DNA of 38,988 nt from the NCBI GenBank assembly GCA_028276145.1, contig JAPYWX010000001.1, forward strand, positions 1 to 38,988, in the 5' to 3' direction. Below the pieces are notes generated by a model. That model saw only the letters and a program-made list of their open reading frames with translations. It was not told the origin of the DNA and did not search any database. Source of the DNA: Spirochaetota bacterium. GTDB lineage: Bacteria > Spirochaetota > Brevinematia > DTOW01. Positions 7,844 to 16,668 of the stretch are shown here, piece after piece; positions within the stretch are counted from its first letter, which is position 1; each line of letters starts with the position of its first letter. The translations under genes were made by a program, and so were the position numbers.

Positions 7844-8755
7844 ATGGACCTAAAAAAGGGCATTCTTGAATGCGGCAAAATCAAAATACTCGAAAATGAA
7901 CTAATGAAAAACCACACTACCTTCAGAATAGGAGGACCTGCTAAATACTTTCTGGAAGTAGAAGATACCATCTCTCTAAAAAAACTTTTATCCTTCCTCA
8001 GCAAGGAAGGAATCAACTTCTTTTTACTAGGAGCAGGTTCAAACCTACTGGTATCGGACTACCCTATTGAAGATACTGTCATAATCAAACTTGGAAACAC
8101 CTTTAAGAAAATCAATATCAACGATACAGGAAATGAAAATGTAACTGTTGAAGTTGGAGCAGGATACACACTACCCTCCTTATCAAAGGAGATGTACAAT
8201 TACGAACTCAGGGGAGCTGAGTTCTGCGTTGCAATACCTGGCACATTAGGAGGCGGACTAATAATGAACGCAGGAGCACACGGAAGTGAACTCAAAGATA
8301 TCACCGAATATGTTTATTGCTTGACGGAAGATGGAGAAGAGGTATACTTATCAAATGAAGAGGCAAAATTTTCCTATAGGAATAGTGGCTTAAGAGATTT
8401 CATAGTAGTAGGGGCAAAGCTAAAGCTAAAGAAGGGTGATAAAAAGCTTATAAAGGCAAAAATGGAAGAAAACCTTATTTATAGGGCAAATACACAACCA
8501 AAAGGTTTTTCTGCTGGAAGCGTTTTTAAGAATCCTCCTGGAACAAAAGCTTGGAAACTCATTAGAGATGTAGGCTTAAGCGGATACAGGATAGGCGATG
8601 TAATGTTTTCTGAAAAGCACGCAAACTTCATAATAAACCTGGGAAATGGCAAAGCAAATGACGTTATGGAACTAATAAACCTGGCAAAAGAAAGGGTAAA
8701 AAAAGGGTTCAATGTAGAGTTAGAATTAGAAATAAAATTGTTAGGGAAGTTCTAA
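7844..8755 (+). CDS. murB: UDP-N-acetylenolpyruvoylglucosamine reductase MurB
   Basis: NHTTFRIGGPAKYF, LLGAGSNLL, GAEFCVAIPGTLGG, AGSVFKNP and KHANFIIN are classic MurB motifs. Confidence 0.9.
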   Translation: MDLKKGILECGKIKILENELMKNHTTFRIGGPAKYFLEVEDTISLKKLLSFLSKEGINFFLLGAGSNLLVSDYPIEDTVIIKLGNTFKKININDTGNENVTVEVGAGYTLPSLSKEMYNYELRGAEFCVAIPGTLGGGLIMNAGAHGSELKDITEYVYCLTEDGEEVYLSNEEAKFSYRNSGLRDFIVVGAKLKLKKGDKKLIKAKMEENLIYRANTQPKGFSAGSVFKNPPGTKAWKLIRDVGLSGYRIGDVMFSEKHANFIINLGNGKANDVMELINLAKERVKKGFNVELELEIKLLGKF

Positions 8756-8794
8756 TTATTGAATTTCAATGGTCCTATAAGATATAATGAAAAC

Positions 8795-9202
8795 ATGAGA
8801 TTACTAAGCAGGTCAAAAAATCAGCTAAAAGTAGGAATAGACCCAACACCTTTAGTAGATGTAATGTTCCTAATAACTATATTCTTCATGCTCACATCAA
8901 GCATTATAAAAACTACATCGATAAACGTAAACTTACCAAAATCCCTAACATCAGACTCTCAACCAAGAACAAGCATAAACATAACTATAACAAAAGATGA
9001 AAAAATATACATAAACGAAAACTTAGTATCTCTCGAAGACATATCACCAATAGTGAAAAGGATAGCCGTAAAGGACCCCTCAGTACCAGTAATAATAAGA
9101 GGAGATAAAGACATAAGATACCAACTTTTAGTAGATGTAATGGATAGAGTGAGAATAGGAGGAGCTACAGAAATAAGCCTATTGGTTGAAACAAGAAGAT
9201 AA
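8795..9202 (+). CDS. ExbD/TolR family biopolymer transport protein
   Basis: IDPTPLVDVMFLITIFFMLTSS is the N-terminal TM signature, followed by a periplasmic domain with I.I.GD......LV.VMD. I chose the start at ATG 8795; the ORF-track TTG at 8759 is also possible. No ExbB/TolQ gene is adjacent. Confidence 0.75.
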   Translation: MRLLSRSKNQLKVGIDPTPLVDVMFLITIFFMLTSSIIKTTSINVNLPKSLTSDSQPRTSINITITKDEKIYINENLVSLEDISPIVKRIAVKDPSVPVIIRGDKDIRYQLLVDVMDRVRIGGATEISLLVETRR

Positions 9203-10771
9203 CTACCTAACTGTTTCTACTATTCTTGTTTCTCTTATAAGTGTCACCTTTATCTGCCCGGGAAAGTTTATTTCCTCATCTATTTTCTTTGCTATCTCTC
9301 TTGCGATAATCTTAGCTTCTTCATCTGAAACCTTAACACTATCAACGAAAACTCTAAGTTCCCTACCTGCTTGTATAGCGTAAGCCTTCTCAACGTTTTC
9401 AAACGACAAAGCTATCTTCTCAAGGTTTTCTAACCTCTTTATGTAGTTCTCTAAATTTTCCTTTCTTGCTCCTGGTCTAGCAGCAGATATAGCATCTGCT
9501 ATCATCACCAAAGAAGCATCTATAAACATTGGCTCAACTTCTCCGTGATGCGCAGCTATAGCATTCACAATTCTATCAGGATATCCCCACTTCTTAGCAA
9601 GGTTTGCTCCAACTAGTGCATGTCCTCCCTCGGATACATCCAAAGCCACTTTACCTACATCATGCAAGAGCCCTGCCTTCTTAACATTAAGAATGGTATT
9701 ATAGTCAAGCCCTAATTCTTCAGCAATCCTCGCAGCAATAATAGCCGTCTCTATGGAATGAGCTAAAACATTCTGGGAATAACTGACCTTGAATTTCAAC
9801 CTACCTACGTATTTATACTCCTCATTGGACATAGGTTGTAAGCCTAAATCATTATAGGTCTCTTCACCAACTTTGTAAATCTCCTCTTCAAACTCATTCT
9901 TAACCTTTTCATAAACCTCTTCTATAGTGGCTGGATGAATTCTACCATCATCAACAAGTTTAATCAGTGCTCTCTTAGCAAGTTCCCTCCTTATAGGGTC
10001 AAAAGAAGACAAAACAACAACTCCTGGTGTATCGTCTATTATAAGATCTACACCCGTTATTGTCTCAAAAGCTCTTATATTTCTCCCCTCTCTTCCTATT
10101 ATCCTACCTTTCATCGCATCATTAGGCAATTGAACCGAAGAAATTACAGTTTCGTTGACAACGTCAAGAGCTATCCTTTGGATAGCATCAACTATTATTT
10201 TTCTCGCTTTCTCAACAGCCTTCTGATTATATTCTTCTTCTATCTTCTTAACAAGATTCAAAGCCGAAATTTCTGTTTCTTTCTTTATACTCTCTACAAG
10301 AAGGTTTCTAGCATCCTCCTTTGTCATACCAGCAATTTTTTCAAGCTCCTGCATCAATCTCTCTCTTTCTTCCTCCAACTTCCTCTGCAAATCATTAAGT
10401 TCCCTTTCCTTTATCGCAAGTTCTCTTTCCTTTCTCTGAAGATAAGATTCTTTCCTTTCTATATTTTCTTCTCTAGATAGAAGCTTCCTTTCGAAAGCTT
10501 GTAAGTCCCTTCTTATGTTTCTTAGATCTTTTTCTATCTCCTCTCTATATCTATTTGCTTCTTCTTTGGACTCCAAAATAGCTTTACTTTTGAGTTCTTC
10601 CGCTTCTCTTTTAGCAAGTTCTAATACCCTTTTACTTTCCTCTTGAGCCTCATCCACTATTTTCTTGGCCTTTAATCTCATCTTCTGAAAACTCAAGAAT
10701 CCTACAACAAGAATAACTACATAGGTCAAGACAGAAAGCAGAATAACCACACCTGCTATAGCTGTATTCAT
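9203..10771 (-). CDS. rny: Ribonuclease Y
   Basis: N-terminal TM helix, long K/E-rich coiled coil, KH domain (GRIIGREGRNIRAFE) and HD domain (LLHDVGK...HH). ATG at 10771 is preceded by AAGGAG. The ORF-track start at 10918 would run into the upstream gene and is rejected. Confidence 0.9.
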   Translation of the reverse strand: MNTAIAGVVILLSVLTYVVILVVGFLSFQKMRLKAKKIVDEAQEESKRVLELAKREAEELKSKAILESKEEANRYREEIEKDLRNIRRDLQAFERKLLSREENIERKESYLQRKERELAIKERELNDLQRKLEEERERLMQELEKIAGMTKEDARNLLVESIKKETEISALNLVKKIEEEYNQKAVEKARKIIVDAIQRIALDVVNETVISSVQLPNDAMKGRIIGREGRNIRAFETITGVDLIIDDTPGVVVLSSFDPIRRELAKRALIKLVDDGRIHPATIEEVYEKVKNEFEEEIYKVGEETYNDLGLQPMSNEEYKYVGRLKFKVSYSQNVLAHSIETAIIAARIAEELGLDYNTILNVKKAGLLHDVGKVALDVSEGGHALVGANLAKKWGYPDRIVNAIAAHHGEVEPMFIDASLVMIADAISAARPGARKENLENYIKRLENLEKIALSFENVEKAYAIQAGRELRVFVDSVKVSDEEAKIIAREIAKKIDEEINFPGQIKVTLIRETRIVETVR

Positions 10772-10823
10772 AAAACTCTCCTTATTTAGTTGAAATATAT
10801 TTAGAGCAACCCCTAAGGAATGG

Positions 10824-12137
10824 TTATTGTTCGTTAAACAAGTATATTGTAAGTCCGCTTTCAATTTTCGGGAAAAAATCAGTAGACTTCTGAGGCATAA
10901 CGAGATTCTTTTCAGCAACTCTTATAACTTCTTCTATTGAAGTTGGATTTAGTATAAAAGCTAAATCTCTTATACCTTTCTTTACGGTACTTATAGCATC
11001 CTTTTCATACCTAGTATAATCAACATACGCTCTAGAAGTAACTTTCTCTTCACTAAGCCCCAATATTCTCTTTAAAACTAATTCTGTCAATATCGAAACA
11101 TCCAAGGAAGCAACTTCTTGACCAACTACATTTGAGATTTCCTTTATTATCTCACCTTTCAGCTCTTCCTTAAGGGTTATAAGATAAATCTTTGAAGGAT
11201 CATACATTGAATACACACCGAAACAAACCATTCCTTTTTCCTTCCTATCTCTCATTACTGTGATTAGCCTAGATATAGCAACTTCTGACATCTCATCTGA
11301 ATAAGATATCGCTGCTATTTTAAAGTACTGAGCTAACTTCTTTATAAACTCTTCCTGTAAGAAAGACTCAACCTTCACAAGCCTCTGAGTTGGTAATATT
11401 ATGAGATCCTTTGAGTACATATTGAAAAACGCAGCAAGGACATAAGAGTAAGGCTTATTCTCATCGATTCCCTTCTCCTTAGCATACAAGAGTGCCGTCT
11501 CATACCTGTGATGCCCATCAGCTATATAGATGTTAGAGTTCGATAATTTATTAACAATGAATTCTTCTAGCTTTTTATCAGGCACCTTCCAAAGAGTGTG
11601 CCTAACCCCTAGTTCATCAACTACACTCCTAGCAGTATAATCAAACTCCATGTCATAAATCTTATTGTTGATTTCAGATTCTTTGTCAGCATAGAGGAAG
11701 AAAAGAGGCTCCAAGTGTCCATTCACAGCTTCCATCAATTTCCTTCTATCCTCTTTAGGTCCCCCGAAGGTTTTTTCGTGTCTAAACACACCATTCCCGT
11801 AATCTTCTACCATCATTATAGCAATTATTCCCCTTCTTTTATAGTTCTTACCTCTAAATGAAAACTTCTGCTCATATATAAAAATTCCTTCCTCTTTGTC
11901 AGTAAAAAGAACATCTTTAAGTAACCAACTCAATAATTTCTTCTGAGCATTTTCGTACTTCCTATCCCCCTCACCTTCCGGTAAAGTTAAGTGAACTATA
12001 TTATATGGACTTTTAGCAGCAAAAACCTCTCTTTGCTCAGGTGATATTATATCATAAGGTGGCGCAACCACCAAGTTTAAATCTCCTACAACATCTTTAT
12101 TGTACAAAGTTGCTTTGAAAGGTTTTATTTTGGGCAT
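10824..12137 (-). CDS. DUF1015 family protein
   Basis: MPKIKPFKATLYN...VAPPYDIIS...ADGHHRYETAL matches the conserved DUF1015 pattern as I recall it. 437 aa. Confidence 0.7.
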   Translation of the reverse strand: MPKIKPFKATLYNKDVVGDLNLVVAPPYDIISPEQREVFAAKSPYNIVHLTLPEGEGDRKYENAQKKLLSWLLKDVLFTDKEEGIFIYEQKFSFRGKNYKRRGIIAIMMVEDYGNGVFRHEKTFGGPKEDRRKLMEAVNGHLEPLFFLYADKESEINNKIYDMEFDYTARSVVDELGVRHTLWKVPDKKLEEFIVNKLSNSNIYIADGHHRYETALLYAKEKGIDENKPYSYVLAAFFNMYSKDLIILPTQRLVKVESFLQEEFIKKLAQYFKIAAISYSDEMSEVAISRLITVMRDRKEKGMVCFGVYSMYDPSKIYLITLKEELKGEIIKEISNVVGQEVASLDVSILTELVLKRILGLSEEKVTSRAYVDYTRYEKDAISTVKKGIRDLAFILNPTSIEEVIRVAEKNLVMPQKSTDFFPKIESGLTIYLFNEQ

Positions 12138-12145
12138 TTTTTCAC

Positions 12146-13210
12146 CTATCTGATGTTATATCTTTCTGCAATAGATTTTAAAGTATTATTTATTTCTTTA
12201 GCAATGTCCAATAGGAAGTCACTCTTCCTTAACCTAATTTCATGAGTTATTGGTAGTTTGCCTTCAGCTATTTCCCTTAGTTCCTTCTTTATCCTGTGCA
12301 CAGGTCCAGCAATGCTATGAGAGAAGAACAAACCAAATATTGTTATAAGAAGAATCTGCAAGATACTCAAAGCAACAATTGGCTTCCAGTAGAGGTCCAA
12401 AAGATTATAAGCCTTCTTCTCATAAGTCCTTGTTTCATATACCAAAACATCCGAATAAGAATTAACACTATCAAGTATTGACTGTATCTTGGCTAATGAC
12501 CTATTAAGTGAATCCAAAGTTTCAGTTTCAATACCTGATTTAGGATCATTAATAAGATTCCTCAACTCATCAACAAATCCAGGTTTAGCCTTTAGAAAAT
12601 CATAAGTAGAAGTTACCAAATTTGCATATAAATTTAATCTTTCCTTAAAGGAATTGAACTTATCTTGGTACCTGGTTCCCTTGAAAACTTCCTCCAAAGT
12701 AGCAAGAGATACATTCATGTCTTCAAAAGAACACTCTTGAACTGCTCTTCTCAAACTAAGAACAGCTTTGTTGACTTTGTTAACCGTTTCCTCACCTTTA
12801 CCATTGGCCAACTCATAAGCTAAAGACACAATACCACCGCTAAAAGAAGAATTAAGATCCTTACTAAGAAGTTCCTTCTTTATCTCACTCGCTTTAACAA
12901 CATTGCTATCAAACTTTTTTATCATTGCTGAATATTCATCAACCTTTGAAATAATCTTTGAATCCGCTTTTGATTTACTCAAAACTTTCTTCATGCTATC
13001 GAGAATAAAACCTATATCAGTGGTTTTATAAAAATCTTTTGTTATCTCCTCAAATAAAACACCTTTTGAAAACTTCTGACTATCTATATACACAAAAAAA
13101 CCAAATGATATGACAGCACTAATCAATATTAGTACAACAAACCTCAAAATGAATTTCGTTTGGAAAGGTTTATCTACGAAGTATCTAAATCTTTTCTTTT
13201 TCCCAGGCAT
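12146..13210 (-). CDS. Membrane protein with two TM helices, a roughly 240-aa extracytoplasmic region and a C-terminal HAMP-like domain only
   Basis: TM1 is FILRFVVLILISAVISFGFFVYI and TM2 is IVALSILQILLITIFGLFFSHSI. TM2 is followed by IAGPVHRIKKELREIAEGKL...SDFLLDIAKEINNTLKSI, which looks like HAMP, and the protein then ends. A strong RBS (GAAGGAGGG) precedes the ATG. Confidence 0.5.
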   Translation of the reverse strand: MPGKKKRFRYFVDKPFQTKFILRFVVLILISAVISFGFFVYIDSQKFSKGVLFEEITKDFYKTTDIGFILDSMKKVLSKSKADSKIISKVDEYSAMIKKFDSNVVKASEIKKELLSKDLNSSFSGGIVSLAYELANGKGEETVNKVNKAVLSLRRAVQECSFEDMNVSLATLEEVFKGTRYQDKFNSFKERLNLYANLVTSTYDFLKAKPGFVDELRNLINDPKSGIETETLDSLNRSLAKIQSILDSVNSYSDVLVYETRTYEKKAYNLLDLYWKPIVALSILQILLITIFGLFFSHSIAGPVHRIKKELREIAEGKLPITHEIRLRKSDFLLDIAKEINNTLKSIAERYNIR

Positions 13211-13292
13211 AAACTCACCCTCCTTCTCAAGGTTATTCTAAAACAGACTCCCCTTGTAGTCAAGAAAATTTTCGTTAAAATGCTCTTGATTA

Positions 13293-14057
13293 CTAAAGCA
13301 CCAACTCAGATAACCTAAAGTTAGGTCCATCCTTACACACCAACTTGTACCCTTCTAAAGTTTTGGTGCTACATCCGTAGCATACACCTATACCACATCC
13401 CATCACTGTCTCCAAAGATACAAGAACTTTTTCCTCAGATAATCTAAGCTCTTTCATAGCTTTATACATAGGTAGAGGTCCACATGCATAAACAAACTCT
13501 CCCCCATACTTCTCTCTAAAGACATCTGTAATAAATCCCTTATAGCCTACTCCACCATCCTCAGAAGATATAAAAACCTCATCAAAGAAGTGTAGGTAAT
13601 CATCAAAAAACTCATCTTTGCTCTTTATACCCCAAAAAAGCCTTGATTTCTTATTCATATTCTTCAGTAACATCGCCAGAGAAACCATATTAGCGATACC
13701 AACACCACCAGCCACCATCGAAACACTCTCACCACCTGTGATATCAAAATCAAATATAGAATTCCCTAAAGGTCCTATTATACTCAAACTTTTCCCCTCA
13801 GTAACCTCAGATAACTCCTTAGAACCTCTACCAACCACCTTAACCAATATGGAGAACTTACCATTGTCTTTAAAAAGGAGGGTGTACGGTCTTCTAAAGA
13901 AGACTCTATTTAGTTTTATATTAACAAACTGCCCAACCTTTATAGCTTTTGCTATTCTTTTAGAAGAAAAAGTTATTTCGTGATACTTCCCCACCCTTCT
14001 ATTGGATAATACTTCACACTCTTCTTCAAAAACGCTATCATAAGAAACCATATACAA
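13293..14057 (-). CDS. PyrK-like FAD/NAD(P)-binding oxidoreductase with C-terminal 2Fe-2S cluster (dihydroorotate dehydrogenase B electron-transfer subunit family)
   Basis: RPYTL FAD-binding motif, GGVGIANM nucleotide-binding motif, and cysteine cluster CGIGVCYGC...C. No pyrD is adjacent. Confidence 0.6.
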   Translation of the reverse strand: MYMVSYDSVFEEECEVLSNRRVGKYHEITFSSKRIAKAIKVGQFVNIKLNRVFFRRPYTLLFKDNGKFSILVKVVGRGSKELSEVTEGKSLSIIGPLGNSIFDFDITGGESVSMVAGGVGIANMVSLAMLLKNMNKKSRLFWGIKSKDEFFDDYLHFFDEVFISSEDGGVGYKGFITDVFREKYGGEFVYACGPLPMYKAMKELRLSEEKVLVSLETVMGCGIGVCYGCSTKTLEGYKLVCKDGPNFRLSELVL

Positions 14058-14114
14058 AATTATATTTTAACGCTCAAGTCACTTGAAAAATACCTAATGT
14101 AAGCACTAACTTTA

Positions 14115-14136
14115 GAGGGAGGCTACCGCCTCCCTT
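14115..14136. other. Orphan GC-rich hairpin GGGAGGC-tacc-GCCTCCC in a divergent promoter region
   Basis: A 7-9 bp GC-rich stem in otherwise AT-rich DNA, between the pyrK-like start (14057, minus) and the cysS start (14297, plus). No gene lies upstream on either strand for it to terminate. Confidence 0.5.
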
Positions 14137-14296
14137 GAAATCTTTACTAAATTTTAATAGCTGTCATGCACTTAAAGCAGATAAAAGATGAATGGCAAAT
14201 TCTAATATTGTTGTTTACTTTGTAAAAATAGGCTAAGCCTGTTTTTCAAAAATCTTCTTGAAAAAATTTTCACAGCAACTTGATAATTTTTTACTT

Positions 14297-15700
14297 ATGA
14301 GGATATATAATACACTTTCAAGACAGGTAGAAGAATTTATTCCTTTGGAAGGAAACAAAGTAAGAATGTACTTCTGTGGACCTACAGTTTATGACTTTGC
14401 CCATATAGGCAACTTTAGAACTTTTGTAATGTCAGATATACTTCATAGATATCTGAAGTTCAGAGGATACGATGTTACATTTGTCATGAATCTTACAGAT
14501 GTAGACGATAAAACCATAAGAGGTGCAATGAAAGAAGGAATTTCCCTAAAAGAATACACAGACAGGTACGCAAAAGCCTTCTTTGAAGACTTAGAAACAA
14601 TGAGAATAGAAAAAGCTACTTACTACCCCAGAGCAACGGAAACAATAAATGACATAGTTGAGTTCATAAAAGTTTTAATGTCAAAAGGACATGCATATAA
14701 GACTGAAGACGGAGTATATTTTGATATCTCATCATTCAAAGAATATGGGAAACTGTCAAAGTTAGATAAATCAAACATAAAGCCCGGCGCAAGCGGTAGA
14801 GTCAGAGTTGACGAATACTCAAAAGAGGATATTGTTGACTTTGCACTTTGGAAAGCTTGGAAAGAAGAAGATGGAAACGTATATTGGGAAACGGAAATAG
14901 GCAAAGGAAGGCCAGGATGGCACATTGAATGTTCCGTCATGAGTACTAAATATTTAGGAGATACCTTAGATATTCACGGTGGTGGAGTAGACTTAATATT
15001 CCCTCACCACGAAAACGAAATTGCTCAATCCGAATGTAAAACTGGAAAACAGTTTGTAAGATATTGGTTCCACGTAGAACATCTAATGATAAACGGAAGG
15101 AAAATGTCAAAATCCGAAGGTAATTTCTTTACCTTAAGGGACCTAGTAGCTAAAGGCTACAGCCCAAAAGCTATAAGATTAGTCCTAATATCAACTCACT
15201 ATAGAAAACCCTTAGACTTTACAGAAGAAAAAGTGAAACAAGCGGAAAGTACTGTAAAGAATTTAGAGTTATTCATAGCAAAAATGAAAAAAGTCCTATC
15301 AAAAAACAATGAAATACCACCTACAAAACTAGACATCATAGAAAATGCTAAAAATAAGTTCGTAGAATCAATGGATGATGACCTAAATGTACCTGAAGCA
15401 CTAGGTATTGTATTCTCTCTTATTTCAGAATTTGAAAATACAAATATTACAGCCATCTCCTCAAAGGAAGCTGAAGAAATACTAAGGTTTCTTGCAGATG
15501 TAAAAAGAGTTCTAGATTTCTTTGACATGGATATAGACGAAGTACCTCAAGAAGCTCTTAGAATGCTAGAAGAAAGAGAGAATTTAAGGAAAAACAGAGA
15601 GTTCTCCAAAGCAGATGAAATAAGAAACAGACTCACAGAAATGGGATACGAAGTTATAGACACAAAGATAGGCAGCATAGTTGTGAAGTTCAAAAAATGA
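14297..15700 (+). CDS. cysS: Cysteine--tRNA ligase
   Basis: Class I HIGN motif (FAHIGNFRT), KMSKS motif, Zn-binding-region motif PGWHIEC, and HGGGVDLIFPHHENE. Start chosen at ATG 14297 (MRIYNTLS...). Confidence 0.92.
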   Translation: MRIYNTLSRQVEEFIPLEGNKVRMYFCGPTVYDFAHIGNFRTFVMSDILHRYLKFRGYDVTFVMNLTDVDDKTIRGAMKEGISLKEYTDRYAKAFFEDLETMRIEKATYYPRATETINDIVEFIKVLMSKGHAYKTEDGVYFDISSFKEYGKLSKLDKSNIKPGASGRVRVDEYSKEDIVDFALWKAWKEEDGNVYWETEIGKGRPGWHIECSVMSTKYLGDTLDIHGGGVDLIFPHHENEIAQSECKTGKQFVRYWFHVEHLMINGRKMSKSEGNFFTLRDLVAKGYSPKAIRLVLISTHYRKPLDFTEEKVKQAESTVKNLELFIAKMKKVLSKNNEIPPTKLDIIENAKNKFVESMDDDLNVPEALGIVFSLISEFENTNITAISSKEAEEILRFLADVKRVLDFFDMDIDEVPQEALRMLEERENLRKNREFSKADEIRNRLTEMGYEVIDTKIGSIVVKFKK

Positions 15701-15713
15701 ATTAAAAAGTAGA

Positions 15714-16664
15714 TTAAATAATCCTCACACCCAAATTATCAACCGATAGTATTTGTATGTCATAATCAATAGAGGTTTCTTTAGATAAAAAGTCTCTTAT
15801 TCTAGCCAAGTCATTGAATTTCGGAACGCCCAAAAACATAAGGCAAAATGTAGGGCCACTACCAGAAACGAAGCTACCTATATAAGGAGTTTCAAATTCT
15901 CTACCATCAAGTTCTAAGATCTTCTCAAACCCTTTGTACAAGTGTTTCCGATACTTCTGATGTAGTTCATCTTTTAAACCGATTTTAATTAAATCATATC
16001 TTCTTTTCATCACTCCGATAATCAAGCTAACAGCATACTTCATGTTTTTTACAACATCATCAAGGGGGTACATCTCGGGTAAAACTTTTCTAGCTTCCTT
16101 CGTGGAAACTTCAAACTCAGGCATTACAAAAACGAGTTTTATATCTTCAGGAAAATCAATCTTATCAAATTTATTGTAGCCGTCGAGGCTACATACAGAA
16201 AACCCTCCGATTATAGCAGGTGTCACATTGTCAGGATGTCCTTCAATCTCAATAGCCAACGGTAGTATTACCTTTTCCTTTGCTACTTTAAAATCCTCTA
16301 ACTCCCCTTTTATCTTGCCTCTACTAAGTAAGTAGAGATAACCTAATGTCAATCCTCCCACAATAGCAGAAGAACTACTTCCCAATCCCCTCTTTATGGG
16401 GATATGATTCTTTACCCATATCGACAAATCAGTAGGTATTTTTTCTCTAAATTCCTTCAAAATACGAGAAAAAGAAACAAAGACTATATTTGACTCGTCC
16501 TCTTCAGGCTTAGGTCCTACCCCGAAGTACTCTATTACTTTCCCTTTTCTCTCTCTAAACGAAAAGTAAGCATATATGCTCACTGCCAAACCGAAGGTAT
16601 CAAAGCCACTCCCTATATTAGCTGAACTTCCAGGAACTATTACGGTACACTTTGATATATCCAT
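15714..16664 (-). CDS. thrB: Homoserine kinase
   Basis: GHMP kinase motifs VPGSSANIGSGFD and PIKRGLGSSSSAIVGG. 316 aa. Confidence 0.85.
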   Translation of the reverse strand: MDISKCTVIVPGSSANIGSGFDTFGLAVSIYAYFSFRERKGKVIEYFGVGPKPEEDESNIVFVSFSRILKEFREKIPTDLSIWVKNHIPIKRGLGSSSSAIVGGLTLGYLYLLSRGKIKGELEDFKVAKEKVILPLAIEIEGHPDNVTPAIIGGFSVCSLDGYNKFDKIDFPEDIKLVFVMPEFEVSTKEARKVLPEMYPLDDVVKNMKYAVSLIIGVMKRRYDLIKIGLKDELHQKYRKHLYKGFEKILELDGREFETPYIGSFVSGSGPTFCLMFLGVPKFNDLARIRDFLSKETSIDYDIQILSVDNLGVRII

Positions 16665-16668
16665 ATAC

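Noticed and set aside
9935-10480. 181-aa plus-strand ORF, and similar antisense ORFs (e.g. 13618-13983, 14623-14940, 15199-15528, 37310-37690, 29687-29947)
   Set aside because: All lie entirely inside, and antisense to, strongly supported conserved genes (rny, pyrK-like, cysS, TPR protein, pntAB). Their products are low-complexity, with no RBS, as is typical of shadow ORFs.
10772-10918. Extended N-terminus of RNase Y from the ORF track; similar over-extensions for thiH (1170), miaA (3374), the livJ-like gene (5751), cysS (14258), the TspO-like gene (25316) and recR (38679)
   Set aside because: The extensions overlap neighbouring genes or repeat elements, use non-ATG codons without an RBS, and add residues absent from the family N-termini. 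Internal ATGs with GGAG-type RBS give canonical protein starts.
14058-14296. T-box leader upstream of cysS
   Set aside because: I saw no conserved T-box sequence (AAUUAGGGUGGUACCGCG-like), no specifier-loop architecture and no terminator/antiterminator pair. There is only a single GC hairpin 160 nt upstream.
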